A DNA stretch of 56,571 nucleotides, taken from positions 1 through 56,571 of IMG/VR virus record IMGVR_UViG_3300042197_000691. One strand, given 5' to 3'. Of the stretch, positions 30,333 through 40,714 are shown piece after piece (position 1 is the stretch's first letter; every line of letters starts with the position of its first letter). Made by a program: the position numbers and the translations under genes. Under the pieces are notes generated by a model, which saw nothing but the letters and a program-made list of their open reading frames with translations, did not search any database and was not told the DNA's origin. Source of the DNA: a virus (lineage: Duplodnaviria > Caudoviricetes).

Positions 30333-31875
30333 CAATTTTCCAACAGTATATTACCTAACGCTTAAAACATCTGTAGCACGACAAATGGATCTAGAAAGAC
30401 AGTTTCTAGATCGTGGTATCTCTCATAGAATGATTGAAGGATACGATGGAAGAAAAGTAGATATTAGGGAACAATTATCAATATCTGGCCCATATGTTGA
30501 TAAAAGTTTAATTTCATCGGAAGTCTTATCAGTATCTGTTTCACATGTAAACATGATTTATCGTTGGTATAAAGAAACCAATGAAGAATATGGATTTTTT
30601 TGCGAAGATGATATAAATTTTTCGTTAGTGGATATTTGGAATTTTGAGTGGCAGGAGTTTATGGAAAATCTGCCCTCTGATTGGAAAGTTATTCAACTAT
30701 CACTGATAAAGGAAACACCGGTAACGGGCAGTGATATGAGAATGAGAAGAAAGCGTTGGAATGATTGGTCTTGTTGTGCTTATATATTAAAGAGAAGTTA
30801 TGCTGAAAAGATAATCAGTGATTATTATAATGAAAGCACGAATACTTACACATTAGATATTAAAGACACTAATCATCATCCAATACCAGAAAATCTGGTA
30901 TACCCGGGTAATTATCGTCAATGTTATGTAATGCCTTTTTTTACAGAAAATAGAAATCATATTTCAACATTGATCAGGGACAAAGATGAAAGTCGTAGAA
31001 TAAAAAACATGCAAGATCAAAGTAGTTATTTCATAACTACATGGTGGCAAGAAAATGGTAAAAATATTAAAATCAAGGAGTTAATAATGGTAGACAAGAT
31101 ACCAGTAATTGGAGCAGCAGTAGTAAACAGTACATATTGGATAGCAAGACTTCTAATGAGTGTAGACTATCCAGTAGAAAATTTTGTTATTATTAACAAC
31201 AATGGCAGAGGTCAAATTGACGAAGAATTAGACCGTCTAGCAAAAATTAAACACAAGTATATTGATAAAATTAAAGTTGTTCATATGCCATCTAATATAG
31301 GCTGTGCTGGAGCTTGGAATTTAATCATTAAGTCTTATATGTTGGCGCCATATTGGATTATAACAAGTGATGATGTAGCATTTGGCCCAGGACTGCTTAA
31401 AGAAATGGTAGATAATTTAAACAGTAATCCTAACATAGGTATGATTCATCCACGTGCGGGAGATTTTGGAATAGGAGCATGGGATTTATTTTTAATTCGT
31501 GAAAATATTGTTAAAATATTTGGTCTTTTTGATGAAAATACATATCCCGCTTATTGTGAAGATGCTGACTATATTATGCGTATGGCACATCGACCAATAA
31601 TGAAAGTAGTTGGGTTAGAAGGTAAGTATATGCACGGTGACGCTGATAGTAGTGAATATTATAAGAGTGGTAGTCAGACTCAAAAAAATGAAGATGGGTT
31701 AAAGGAAAAATTTGATCATTCAAATGATTTAAATATAGAGTATTTAACTAAAAAATGGGGTCCAGGTTGGCGCAATCTAAATCCAACATTTAATGTATTT
31801 GAAGGTCAGGAAAAGCCTATCTCAACTACTACATGGGATCTTGAGTTTGTAAGAAGAAAACACTTAGGATTTTGA
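30316..31875 (+). CDS. double glycosyltransferase (GT25-like plus GT2-like)
   Basis: VYYLTL...SH...CEDD (GT25); NIGCAGAWN...DD...FDENTYPAYCEDAD (GT2). Confidence 0.75.
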   Translation: MTKKFNNFPTVYYLTLKTSVARQMDLERQFLDRGISHRMIEGYDGRKVDIREQLSISGPYVDKSLISSEVLSVSVSHVNMIYRWYKETNEEYGFFCEDDINFSLVDIWNFEWQEFMENLPSDWKVIQLSLIKETPVTGSDMRMRRKRWNDWSCCAYILKRSYAEKIISDYYNESTNTYTLDIKDTNHHPIPENLVYPGNYRQCYVMPFFTENRNHISTLIRDKDESRRIKNMQDQSSYFITTWWQENGKNIKIKELIMVDKIPVIGAAVVNSTYWIARLLMSVDYPVENFVIINNNGRGQIDEELDRLAKIKHKYIDKIKVVHMPSNIGCAGAWNLIIKSYMLAPYWIITSDDVAFGPGLLKEMVDNLNSNPNIGMIHPRAGDFGIGAWDLFLIRENIVKIFGLFDENTYPAYCEDADYIMRMAHRPIMKVVGLEGKYMHGDADSSEYYKSGSQTQKNEDGLKEKFDHSNDLNIEYLTKKWGPGWRNLNPTFNVFEGQEKPISTTTWDLEFVRRKHLGF

Positions 31876-31876
31876 T

Positions 31877-32569
31877 ATGAAAAATTGGTATCTGCCTGCA
31901 CAAAATATAGAACCTGTTGAGTCACCTGATATTAATGATTTAAGATCAAAAATTAAAATAACATCTGACTTACAAAAAAACAAACGTGCTTTTGTAATAG
32001 ATAACTTCTATGAAGATCCACATCTGGTGAGACAATATGCTCTACAACAAGAATTTTTTGATGATCCTGGATATATTGGACGACGAACCAGAACTCAACA
32101 CCTATTTCCCGGTATGAAAGAAATATTTGAATCAATTATCGGTGAAAAAATTAGTGAATGGGAAACATATCCCATGAATGGTAGATTTCAGCACAACTGG
32201 GCTGGTGAAAAATTAGTATATCACTGTGATCATCAACGATGGGCTGCTATGATATATTTAACTCCGAATGCTCCGCCAGAAACGGGTACTACCATGTATC
32301 GTCATAAAGAAACCAAAATACATCACAATTCACAAATAAATTGGGCAGCAGGTGATGGTAATCGCGTATTTAATCAAAAAACATTTTTAGATAGAACTCC
32401 ATATGAGGCTGTGGACGTATTTGGAAATATATTTAATCGTTTAGTAATTTTTGATGGCGGTTGTATACATGCCGCCTCTGAGTATTTTGGAAGTAATTTA
32501 CAAGATTGTCGTTTATGGCAGATGTTTTTCTTTGACGGTGAGGTTTCAAATATTCATATGGGTGCTTAA
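31877..32569 (+). CDS. 2OG-Fe(II) oxygenase-like protein (DUF6445-like)
   Basis: VIDNFYEDP, YHCD, IYLTP, NRLVIFD...H; paralog of the genes at 2-975. Confidence 0.8.
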   Translation: MKNWYLPAQNIEPVESPDINDLRSKIKITSDLQKNKRAFVIDNFYEDPHLVRQYALQQEFFDDPGYIGRRTRTQHLFPGMKEIFESIIGEKISEWETYPMNGRFQHNWAGEKLVYHCDHQRWAAMIYLTPNAPPETGTTMYRHKETKIHHNSQINWAAGDGNRVFNQKTFLDRTPYEAVDVFGNIFNRLVIFDGGCIHAASEYFGSNLQDCRLWQMFFFDGEVSNIHMGA

Positions 32570-32592
32570 TGTGATTATTAATAAATATGTTT

Positions 32593-34164
32593 ATGAGACA
32601 ATATATTAATATACTAGACAGTTTACTAACAGAAAGTCGTGGATTAGGAGCACGTAGAGCCGGCGAAGAATTTGTCAGCACTAGTAATCCTAATGAAAAG
32701 ATTTATGTGAACTCAGTTCGTTTTTATCCAGAAAACGCAACAGAATATCCATCATATGAGGAAATGATTGCTGATCTGAAAGAACGAATGAATAACATTG
32801 CAGGAGCGTCAGTTGATTTAATTGGCAAATTTAAGTCTACCGATCGTGCTTATGGTATTGCTATATTTGATAATCCACAGGGTGGCCGTCTAGCATTCGT
32901 TAAGCCGTATGCCTCTATAAAATTGGACCCAACTGAAAACAAGTGGGATAATCAAACTGGTATACCAGGCTACAAGTACAACAGTAAAAGTGCCGCAAAG
33001 ACGCAGGCAGGATTAACACCGCAAGATATATTGACTAAGGAAAGTAATCTTAGTCCTAGTGATATTGTTACTCAGATAGCAGAAAAATTTGGTGCTGATA
33101 GTCCATTAACAAAAGTAGCACGGGATATAGCACGCGGTGTTAAATTACCGATTACTGTAGACGCACCGCCAGGAATTAGTTTTACAGCATTCCGTGATTA
33201 TTTCTGCGAATTACTACACCCAATCGCACTGCAAACAGGCAATTATCGTGGCAATGCTGGCCAGGCAGCAATGAAGTTTTTAAATCAAGATGGATTTGAT
33301 GGTACTACAATTAACTTTGGCACTGATAAAACTGAAGGCCTAAGCGACAGTATACTAATTTCAGATGACGGCAAAAAGATTAAAGTCAGTAGTAAAGGTG
33401 CGGGCGGCGCCCAAGCAAGTGCTAAAAATTTGTTAGATGCGGTAAATGAATTACGTGGTAGTAATCCAGGGTTGGCTAGAAAACATCGTGAAGTAATAGA
33501 GGTCATTCAAGAAATGGTCAGTGCGGGTCAAGCTGGCGCTCCATTAGTTTTGGGTGTTAAGTATGGCATCATTGACAGTGGTGACGCTGATGTCATCAGA
33601 AGCCTTAAGGGTGGAGCCAGAGTGCCGCTAAAGGCAGTAGATAATATGAACTTTAGCGCAAAGTTGAAACAGTTAATACTAAACAGAAAAACAGATGATC
33701 CCGCAAATGTAAATTTGTACTTTCATGCTCTGGCAGCGGTAGCACACAAAGTGGCAGAACACGTAAATGATAAAACTAACTTCGGTGATGCCGCTAGCGA
33801 TATTTTGAATAACGGTGCTTTGATTCAAGTATATACAACTGCTAAGGAATCAGATGATCGTTGGACAATTGAAGAGTTTCGTACTGTGTTCCCAAGTAAT
33901 ACTGTTACTGGAGTGAAATTCAGTGCCAGCAAAACATATTACAGTACGGGTATCAAGGGAAATTTTACGTTTAAGATATTGAAGAATGGTGCCAAGGACG
34001 TTGAGGATGACACTGATGCTATTGCAGATATGTCCAGTAGTCCAAAGTATAAGAGTCCAGAAGAGATTGGCGACGAAACATATGGTGTAAGTGGTATTAC
34101 TGCTAAATCATATCGTCGTGGTTCAGATGATGATCTAGAAAGCTCGCCTCGACAACGTAGATAA
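32593..34164 (+). CDS. hypothetical late protein
   Basis: MRQYINILDSLLTE N-terminus; ATG 5 nt after TAAATA. Confidence 0.7.
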   Translation: MRQYINILDSLLTESRGLGARRAGEEFVSTSNPNEKIYVNSVRFYPENATEYPSYEEMIADLKERMNNIAGASVDLIGKFKSTDRAYGIAIFDNPQGGRLAFVKPYASIKLDPTENKWDNQTGIPGYKYNSKSAAKTQAGLTPQDILTKESNLSPSDIVTQIAEKFGADSPLTKVARDIARGVKLPITVDAPPGISFTAFRDYFCELLHPIALQTGNYRGNAGQAAMKFLNQDGFDGTTINFGTDKTEGLSDSILISDDGKKIKVSSKGAGGAQASAKNLLDAVNELRGSNPGLARKHREVIEVIQEMVSAGQAGAPLVLGVKYGIIDSGDADVIRSLKGGARVPLKAVDNMNFSAKLKQLILNRKTDDPANVNLYFHALAAVAHKVAEHVNDKTNFGDAASDILNNGALIQVYTTAKESDDRWTIEEFRTVFPSNTVTGVKFSASKTYYSTGIKGNFTFKILKNGAKDVEDDTDAIADMSSSPKYKSPEEIGDETYGVSGITAKSYRRGSDDDLESSPRQRR

Positions 34165-34182
34165 TTGATTTTCAAATAGTTA

Positions 34183-35094
34183 ATGAATAGTAAATTTATA
34201 TTAAAAAATTATGATGTAGTATTTTTAAGTTATGATGAGCCAAATGCAGATAGAAATTATCAGCATTTACTAACCATAATTCCATATGCCAAAAGAGTTC
34301 ATGCTGTTAAGGGTAGTGACAGTGCTCATAAAGCATGTGCTAAAATATCTAATACTGATCGTGTAATAATTATAGATGGCGATAATCATTTGATTGAATC
34401 GCCTACTAATCAAATAGTAGAGATATCTGATATTGAAAATTCCAAGAAAATAGTATTAAGTTGGGCCAGTAAAAACATCATTAACGGGCTATCTTATGGT
34501 AATGGTGGAATAAAATGTTGGGATACACAACAATTATTAGATAATAAAACTCATGAAAATTCTGATCCATCCGACGTAAAAAATCAAATTGATTTTTGTT
34601 GGGATCTAAATTACATAGCGATTGATAAAAATTATAGCGTAATATATAACAATGGATCTAGACTTCAGGCATTTCGTGCTGGATTTCGTGAAGGCGTTAA
34701 GTTAATGCTAGAGCAAGGTTGTAGAATAGAAAATTTTATACCCAAAAGTCGTGGTAATTTATTCAGACTAAAATCATGGTTATCTACTGGCAAACATGTT
34801 GAAAATGGCATATGGGCTATATATGGTGCCTGGCATGGTCTATATAATGTATGTAATATAAATTGGGATATAACAAATGTCAGAGACTTTGATTATTTAA
34901 ATAAGTATTTTTATACTAACATAGATTCGGTAACAGAAGATCAAATTGATGGAAACATTAAACTATTAAAAGAAAGTATACCTCAGTATTATAGAATGAT
35001 ACCAATTTTTAATGCAACAGACAGTGAAAACATTGCTGCAAATCAAACAAATCCAATAAGACAAAAAGAAACTGTAAAAATATATTATGAATAA
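34183..35094 (+). CDS. glycosyltransferase-like protein (GT-A, DxD)
   Basis: VVFLSYDEPNA, AH, IIDGD, YGNGGIK, AFRAGFRE. Confidence 0.6.
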   Translation: MNSKFILKNYDVVFLSYDEPNADRNYQHLLTIIPYAKRVHAVKGSDSAHKACAKISNTDRVIIIDGDNHLIESPTNQIVEISDIENSKKIVLSWASKNIINGLSYGNGGIKCWDTQQLLDNKTHENSDPSDVKNQIDFCWDLNYIAIDKNYSVIYNNGSRLQAFRAGFREGVKLMLEQGCRIENFIPKSRGNLFRLKSWLSTGKHVENGIWAIYGAWHGLYNVCNINWDITNVRDFDYLNKYFYTNIDSVTEDQIDGNIKLLKESIPQYYRMIPIFNATDSENIAANQTNPIRQKETVKIYYE

Positions 35095-35776
35095 TTTGTA
35101 CGATGTCATCATGATAACTTATGATGAACCCGAAAAAGAAAAAAACTGGTCCCTACTGAAATACAAAATCCCAAGAGCAAAAAGAGTAGATGGAATAGTG
35201 GGCATTCATCAAGCGCATATAGAGGCAGCAAAACTTGTAGATACTGATATGTTTTGGGTTGTGGACGGAGATGCGATAATAGAAGAAAACTTTGATTTTT
35301 CGTTCGTGTTAGATAAGTCAGACGACGTTGTTAGAGTGTGGCGTTGTAAGAATCCCATAAATGATTTAGTGTATGGTTATGGTGGGGTAAAACTTTTACC
35401 TAGGCTTCAAACATTAAACATGTCACTAAGTAAGCCAGATATGACTACAAGTATAAGCAACAAATTTATACCAGTAAAGGTATTAAGTAACGTTACAAAA
35501 TTCAACGTTGATGAGTTTCATACTTGGAGATCAGCATTTCGTGAGTGTTGTAAATTAGCCAGTAAAGTAATTGATCGTCAAAAGGATCACGAAACTATTG
35601 ATAGATTGAATGTGTGGTGTACAGTTGGCCATGATCGTGAATATGGCAAATTTGCCATAGATGGAGCAATTGCTGGCAGACAATATGGTGAAATTCATCA
35701 AAACAATATTGAGGCTCTTAAAAAAATAAATGATTTTCAATGGTTAAAGGAAAAATATTTTGAATACTATAAGTGA
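35087..35776 (+). CDS. glycosyltransferase-like protein, paralog of the upstream gene
   Basis: ITYDEP, AH, VVDGD, YGYGGVK, WRSAFRE. Confidence 0.6.
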   Translation: MNNLYDVIMITYDEPEKEKNWSLLKYKIPRAKRVDGIVGIHQAHIEAAKLVDTDMFWVVDGDAIIEENFDFSFVLDKSDDVVRVWRCKNPINDLVYGYGGVKLLPRLQTLNMSLSKPDMTTSISNKFIPVKVLSNVTKFNVDEFHTWRSAFRECCKLASKVIDRQKDHETIDRLNVWCTVGHDREYGKFAIDGAIAGRQYGEIHQNNIEALKKINDFQWLKEKYFEYYK

Positions 35777-36614
35777 AATTTTAAGAAATATTTCAAAGTT
35801 AGCCGAAATAGATAGTTCATTAGTTGAAAATGTATCCAGGCAACTTACTAAGTTAGCCGAAATAGATAGTTCATTAGTTGAAAATGTATCCAGGCAACTT
35901 ACTAAGTTAGCCGAAATAGATAGTTCATTAGTTGAAAATGTATCCAGACAATTAACTAAGTTGTCTGAATTAAGAAATAATAATATTGATGTATTTTTGA
36001 CACAATCTGTAAAAGCATTAAATCAATATCCTGCTTATAAAAACAATTTACTTGACAGTATTTCAGATGGACAAAATTTAAGTAAAAATTGGCTAGTTGA
36101 GGAGTTAAATGGCAGAAACTTAGGCAACGTATTATTGTGTGCTGGTTGGTATGCGATGCTGCTAATTGACCAACGATTGAAATTTACTCGTTGTGTTAGT
36201 GTAGATATTGATCCTATTTGTGAGCCAGTTTCTAAAATTTTACATAAGCATTTAGTTATAGATGGTTGGAAATTTCAAGCAGTAACTAAAAATATTCATA
36301 GTATTAACTATCGTAAAGATATTTTTTCAGTAACCAGAGGTGATGATAGTACCGCAGAATTCACAATGATTCCTGATACTATTATTAATACTAGTTGTGA
36401 ACATATTGAAAATTTTAGTGAATGGTATAATTCAATTCCAAATGGTAAGTTAATAGTTTTACAAACTAACAATGGGTTTGATATACCCGAACATGTTAAT
36501 TGTGTTAGCAGTTTAGCGGATTTTGAAAAACAAACTCCAATGTCTGAAGTATTATATTCTGGCGAACGTGAAATGCCAAAATTTACTAGATACATGAAAA
36601 TAGGAATCAAATGA
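35760..36614 (+). CDS. SAM-dependent methyltransferase-like protein with N-terminal tandem repeat
   Basis: SKNWL, CAGWY, VDIDP, IINTSCEH motifs. Confidence 0.6.
   Translation: MNTISEILRNISKLAEIDSSLVENVSRQLTKLAEIDSSLVENVSRQLTKLAEIDSSLVENVSRQLTKLSELRNNNIDVFLTQSVKALNQYPAYKNNLLDSISDGQNLSKNWLVEELNGRNLGNVLLCAGWYAMLLIDQRLKFTRCVSVDIDPICEPVSKILHKHLVIDGWKFQAVTKNIHSINYRKDIFSVTRGDDSTAEFTMIPDTIINTSCEHIENFSEWYNSIPNGKLIVLQTNNGFDIPEHVNCVSSLADFEKQTPMSEVLYSGEREMPKFTRYMKIGIK
35796..35957 (+). repeat. 3 x 54-bp tandem repeat (KLAEIDSSLVENVSRQLT)
   Basis: Two identical units; the third differs only at synonymous positions. Confidence 0.95.
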
Positions 36615-36835
36615 ATCTAGATTTATTAGATTTAAGAACTCTCCAAATTGAGTGTGCGAGAGCAATAACTACAATTGAAGCAACTAATAATAAATTAAGT
36701 CAATTCAACAAGCAGGCTCATCACAATAGTCAACAGTGGTATAAGGCAGTCATCGGTTGGTACATAGATCAGTACGGAGATCTACCCAGTAAGGTTGGTC
36801 CAGGAAAAGAAGTAAAGATATTACGCGATGTATAA
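36611..36835 (+). CDS. hypothetical protein
   Basis: Overlaps both neighbours, consistent with translational coupling. Confidence 0.6.
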   Translation: MNLDLLDLRTLQIECARAITTIEATNNKLSQFNKQAHHNSQQWYKAVIGWYIDQYGDLPSKVGPGKEVKILRDV

Positions 36836-37904
36836 ATTAGATCAAATACGAATGATTCATCTAGAAATTACACAAGCATGTCAGGCAAGTTGCCCTATGT
36901 GTGATCGCAATCAAAACGGTGGAGCGTTAAATCCTCATATAGATTTAAGTGAACTCACGTTAGATGATTGTAAAAAAATATTTGAACCTAATTTCATAAA
37001 ACAGTTAAACACTATGTATATGTGCGGCAATTTAGGTGATCCAATTATCGCTAAGGATACATTAGAAGTGTTTAGATATTTTAGAGAACATAATCCAAAA
37101 ATGTGGCTAAGTATGAACACTAACGGCGGGGCGAGAGATCAGCAATGGTGGAAAGATTTAGCAAATATTTTTGGTAGATATGGCACCGTTATTTTCAGTG
37201 TAGATGGTTTAGAAGACACAAATCATCTATATAGACAGGGTGTAAACTGGAATATAGTTGAGCGAAGTATGAAGTCTTTTATATCTGCCAGTGGTCGTGC
37301 TAGATGGGATTTTTTAATATTTGAACATAATCAACATCAAGTAGAAAAAGCCCGAGAACTAAGTGTCGAGTGGGGATTTGAGAAATTCGTTGCCAAGAAA
37401 TCAGGTAGATTTATTACCTCAAATAATGAAATAAAAGATTCACATCAATCTATTAATAAAAAGGGATTTAAAACAATAGAAATTAAAAAGCCAGAAGAGC
37501 ATTATCAAAATTCCGCATTAAAGACTCAAACAACTTTGATTGAAAAATATGGTTCAATGGACAATTACTTTGATAGTACGCATATAGAATGTAAAGTAAA
37601 AAAAGACGGTAACTTATTTATTACCGCTGAAGGATTAGCATTGCCCTGCTGTTGGACTGCCGGTAGAATGTATAAATGGTGGCATAAAAATCCTAGAATT
37701 GAACAGATTTGGGATTTTATTGATGCTGTTGGTGGTAAAGAAAAACTTAATGCCAAATATGGCCTAAATAAAGTTTTTGATAGTGGAATATTTGAACTGA
37801 TCGAATTCAGTTGGAAAAAATCTAGTGTGACAGATGGAAAATTAAAAGTGTGTGCAATGAAATGTGGAATTGAATTTGATCCTTTTGGAAAACAATTTGT
37901 TTAA
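36828..37904 (+). CDS. radical SAM protein with SPASM/twitch-like C-terminus
   Basis: CQASCPMC; GNLGDP; TNGG; SVDG; LPCCW...CAMKC. Confidence 0.88.
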   Translation: MYKLDQIRMIHLEITQACQASCPMCDRNQNGGALNPHIDLSELTLDDCKKIFEPNFIKQLNTMYMCGNLGDPIIAKDTLEVFRYFREHNPKMWLSMNTNGGARDQQWWKDLANIFGRYGTVIFSVDGLEDTNHLYRQGVNWNIVERSMKSFISASGRARWDFLIFEHNQHQVEKARELSVEWGFEKFVAKKSGRFITSNNEIKDSHQSINKKGFKTIEIKKPEEHYQNSALKTQTTLIEKYGSMDNYFDSTHIECKVKKDGNLFITAEGLALPCCWTAGRMYKWWHKNPRIEQIWDFIDAVGGKEKLNAKYGLNKVFDSGIFELIEFSWKKSSVTDGKLKVCAMKCGIEFDPFGKQFV

Positions 37905-37915
37905 TTTATAAAAAT

Positions 37916-39313
37916 ATGACCTTACCTTCAAAAACATTTTGTATTCTTCCTTGGATACATTTAAGTAGTCGCCCAGATGGAAAAATGAGAACTTGTTGTA
38001 CAAGCAATGCTAGTAGTGTTCAAAGTGCCGACAGTTCAATAAAAATAGGTGGTGGAGAAGTTGGTGTACTAAAAAATGACAATGGAGAAAGTGTTAATTT
38101 TAATACTACAAGATTAGAGGAAGCATGGAATAGTTCTTATATGCGTAATGTAAGAACAATGATGCTTAAAGGAGAAAAGCCAGCAAGTTGTTTAAAATGC
38201 TACAAAGAAGAAGAATCAGGACACTTAAGCAAAAGAAATTGGGAAACAGAATATTGGTCAAAAAGATATGATATATCTGAACTCATAAAAGAAACAGATG
38301 ATCAAGGTAATATTCCTACTAAAATAAGATACATTGATTTAAGACTTGGCAGTAAATGCCAATTAGCATGTGTAATGTGTAGTCCTCATGATAGTAGTAA
38401 CTGGATACCAGAATGGAATAAACTTTATCCTTTAATACAAAATAAAAATTTAAAACAAAGTTCTAGTTGGAATAATAAAGGGTTAAGTAATGGAAGCAGT
38501 TATAATTGGCATAAAAACAATCCTCAATTTTGGAAAGATTTATTTGATCAAATTCCAAATATGTATCAATTATATTTTGCTGGTGGGGAAAGTTTAATTA
38601 TTGATGAACATTATGATTTGTTGGAAGCATGTATTAAACTTGGATATGCAAAAAATATTGAACTTCGTTACAATTCAAATGCGGTAGAATGGAGAGACGA
38701 TTTATTTGATTTATGGTCAGAATTTAAAAGAGTAAGATTTCATTATAGCATTGATGCTTACGGAGAACAAAATGATTATATCAGATATCCAAGTAAGTGG
38801 AAACATCAAGAAGAAGTATTTTGGAAATTAGATAATACAACTGAAAATGTTGAAATTACGACCGCAACTACTCTTATAGCATTAAATATTGCTTATATAC
38901 CTGAATTTTTACAATGGAAAGTTTCACAAGGATTCAAGAAAATAAATAAATGGCCATTGGGCGCAGGTGGAATTAACATGCACTTTGCATATTGGCCACC
39001 CCAATTAAATGTTAAAGTTCTTCCGTCACATGTAAAACAAATAATTACTAAAAAATATGAAAATGAATTTTATCCTTGGATTGAAGAAAATTGGAATAAA
39101 TTTACGGGAGTATCGGAATCCGAAATAACTAAAGAAATGTTTTTAGATGCTGCTTATGGAATCAAAAGATTTAAGGGTATTATTAAATTTATGAATTCAG
39201 AAGATTGGAGTTCAAGACTTCCCGAAACTAAAGAATACATTCAATTATTAAATAATCAAAGAAATTGGAATGACAAATTTTTAAATGTTTTCCCGATTTT
39301 TAAATTCATATAA
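37916..39313 (+). CDS. radical SAM protein with N-terminal twitch domain
   Basis: CILPW...TCC...CLKC; CQLACVMC; AGGE; SIDA. Confidence 0.88.
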   Translation: MTLPSKTFCILPWIHLSSRPDGKMRTCCTSNASSVQSADSSIKIGGGEVGVLKNDNGESVNFNTTRLEEAWNSSYMRNVRTMMLKGEKPASCLKCYKEEESGHLSKRNWETEYWSKRYDISELIKETDDQGNIPTKIRYIDLRLGSKCQLACVMCSPHDSSNWIPEWNKLYPLIQNKNLKQSSSWNNKGLSNGSSYNWHKNNPQFWKDLFDQIPNMYQLYFAGGESLIIDEHYDLLEACIKLGYAKNIELRYNSNAVEWRDDLFDLWSEFKRVRFHYSIDAYGEQNDYIRYPSKWKHQEEVFWKLDNTTENVEITTATTLIALNIAYIPEFLQWKVSQGFKKINKWPLGAGGINMHFAYWPPQLNVKVLPSHVKQIITKKYENEFYPWIEENWNKFTGVSESEITKEMFLDAAYGIKRFKGIIKFMNSEDWSSRLPETKEYIQLLNNQRNWNDKFLNVFPIFKFI

Positions 39314-39403
39314 TATTATTATATATATTGACAATGTATTTTTAATAAATTTTAGCACACTGTCTACATTCAATAGAACACATCAAAATAATGGAATTAA
39401 AAT

Positions 39404-40645
39404 ATGAGTTTTTGCGCGATAAATGATAAAACAGAAAATCAACTAATGGTAATATGGGATTTAGGAAGAAAATGTACATATTCTTGCAGTTATTGTCCAC
39501 CTCATAGAAAAAACAATTGGAGTCCTGTAGCACAATTAGATGAACTAATAAAAACAGCAGATTCGTTAGACAGATATGCTAATATATATAACAAATATAG
39601 AAAAATACCATTTAAAACATCTTGTAGTTTTACGGGTGGAGAACCCACAGTAAATCCTGCGTTTTTTGAATTTTTAATTTATCTACAGCAACATTATCCT
39701 CATTGGAAAAGAACAATAACTACAAATGGATTTTATAGTGAACGTAAACTACGATTAGTTATGAATAACACACAGTTCACTACTTTAAGTTATCATTGCG
39801 AAGGAACTATAGAACAAAAAAAACGAGTTATAGAAAACATTCGTATTATGAACGAAGAAAAATACGGATTTAAAGTAAACGTAATGTTTCATGAAAACGA
39901 AAATTATTTTCGTGAATGCGTGGAACTCTGTGAATGGTTTAACGAATTAGGAATTAAATATACTCCAAGGATCATTGGTGATGAAGGTAATGTAAAACGA
40001 GGAATTCAAGATAAAACAGTGCATACGTATACAGAAGAACAGATGGATTGGTTTAAAAATTACTGGAATTTAAAAAATAAAAAAACTCTTTTTGGTTCGT
40101 CCGTGACGAAAAATATTGAGAGTACTTTCACAAAAGAGTCTTCTAAAAAAATTGTAGGTCAAAGTATTGGTCGCCCTTGTTGTGGTGGGCGTGATATGGA
40201 AATTCTTGAAAATAATGATTGGACTCCTACCAAATTTGTGACCAACAATAATTTTCAAGGTTGGAATTGTATGATTAATTGGTACTTTTTATATATTCAT
40301 CAAGAAATTAACAAAATTTGGCATCATCAAACATGTCAAGTAAATCTCGAAGGCAAAATTTCTCCTATTTCGACAGTGGATAAATTTGATAAATATTGTG
40401 ACTCTTTAGAAAATACTATTAACAACACGAGATCAATTCCTTACATCAGATGTCCAAAAACATATTGTGGTTGTGGACTATGTGCTCCTAAGGCAAAAAA
40501 TGATACAATTGCTGAACAACTTTTTAAAAGTCACACAATTGACTTAGAACCTAAATTTATAGAACAACAAAAAGAAACTTACAGCGGATCTTTAAAAGAT
40601 TTGGTATATGCTCATGATAAAGAAAATGGTAATGAGACAATCTAA
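39404..40645 (+). CDS. radical SAM protein
   Basis: CTYSCSYC; TGGEP; TTNG; Cys-rich C-terminus CPKTYCGCGLC. Confidence 0.88.
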   Translation: MSFCAINDKTENQLMVIWDLGRKCTYSCSYCPPHRKNNWSPVAQLDELIKTADSLDRYANIYNKYRKIPFKTSCSFTGGEPTVNPAFFEFLIYLQQHYPHWKRTITTNGFYSERKLRLVMNNTQFTTLSYHCEGTIEQKKRVIENIRIMNEEKYGFKVNVMFHENENYFRECVELCEWFNELGIKYTPRIIGDEGNVKRGIQDKTVHTYTEEQMDWFKNYWNLKNKKTLFGSSVTKNIESTFTKESSKKIVGQSIGRPCCGGRDMEILENNDWTPTKFVTNNNFQGWNCMINWYFLYIHQEINKIWHHQTCQVNLEGKISPISTVDKFDKYCDSLENTINNTRSIPYIRCPKTYCGCGLCAPKAKNDTIAEQLFKSHTIDLEPKFIEQQKETYSGSLKDLVYAHDKENGNETI

Positions 40646-40714
40646 AAAAGATTGAAATTTTTTGGTTGAATTTTTAATTAAATTAAAACAGCAAAAACTT
40701 ATAGATTTATAAAA

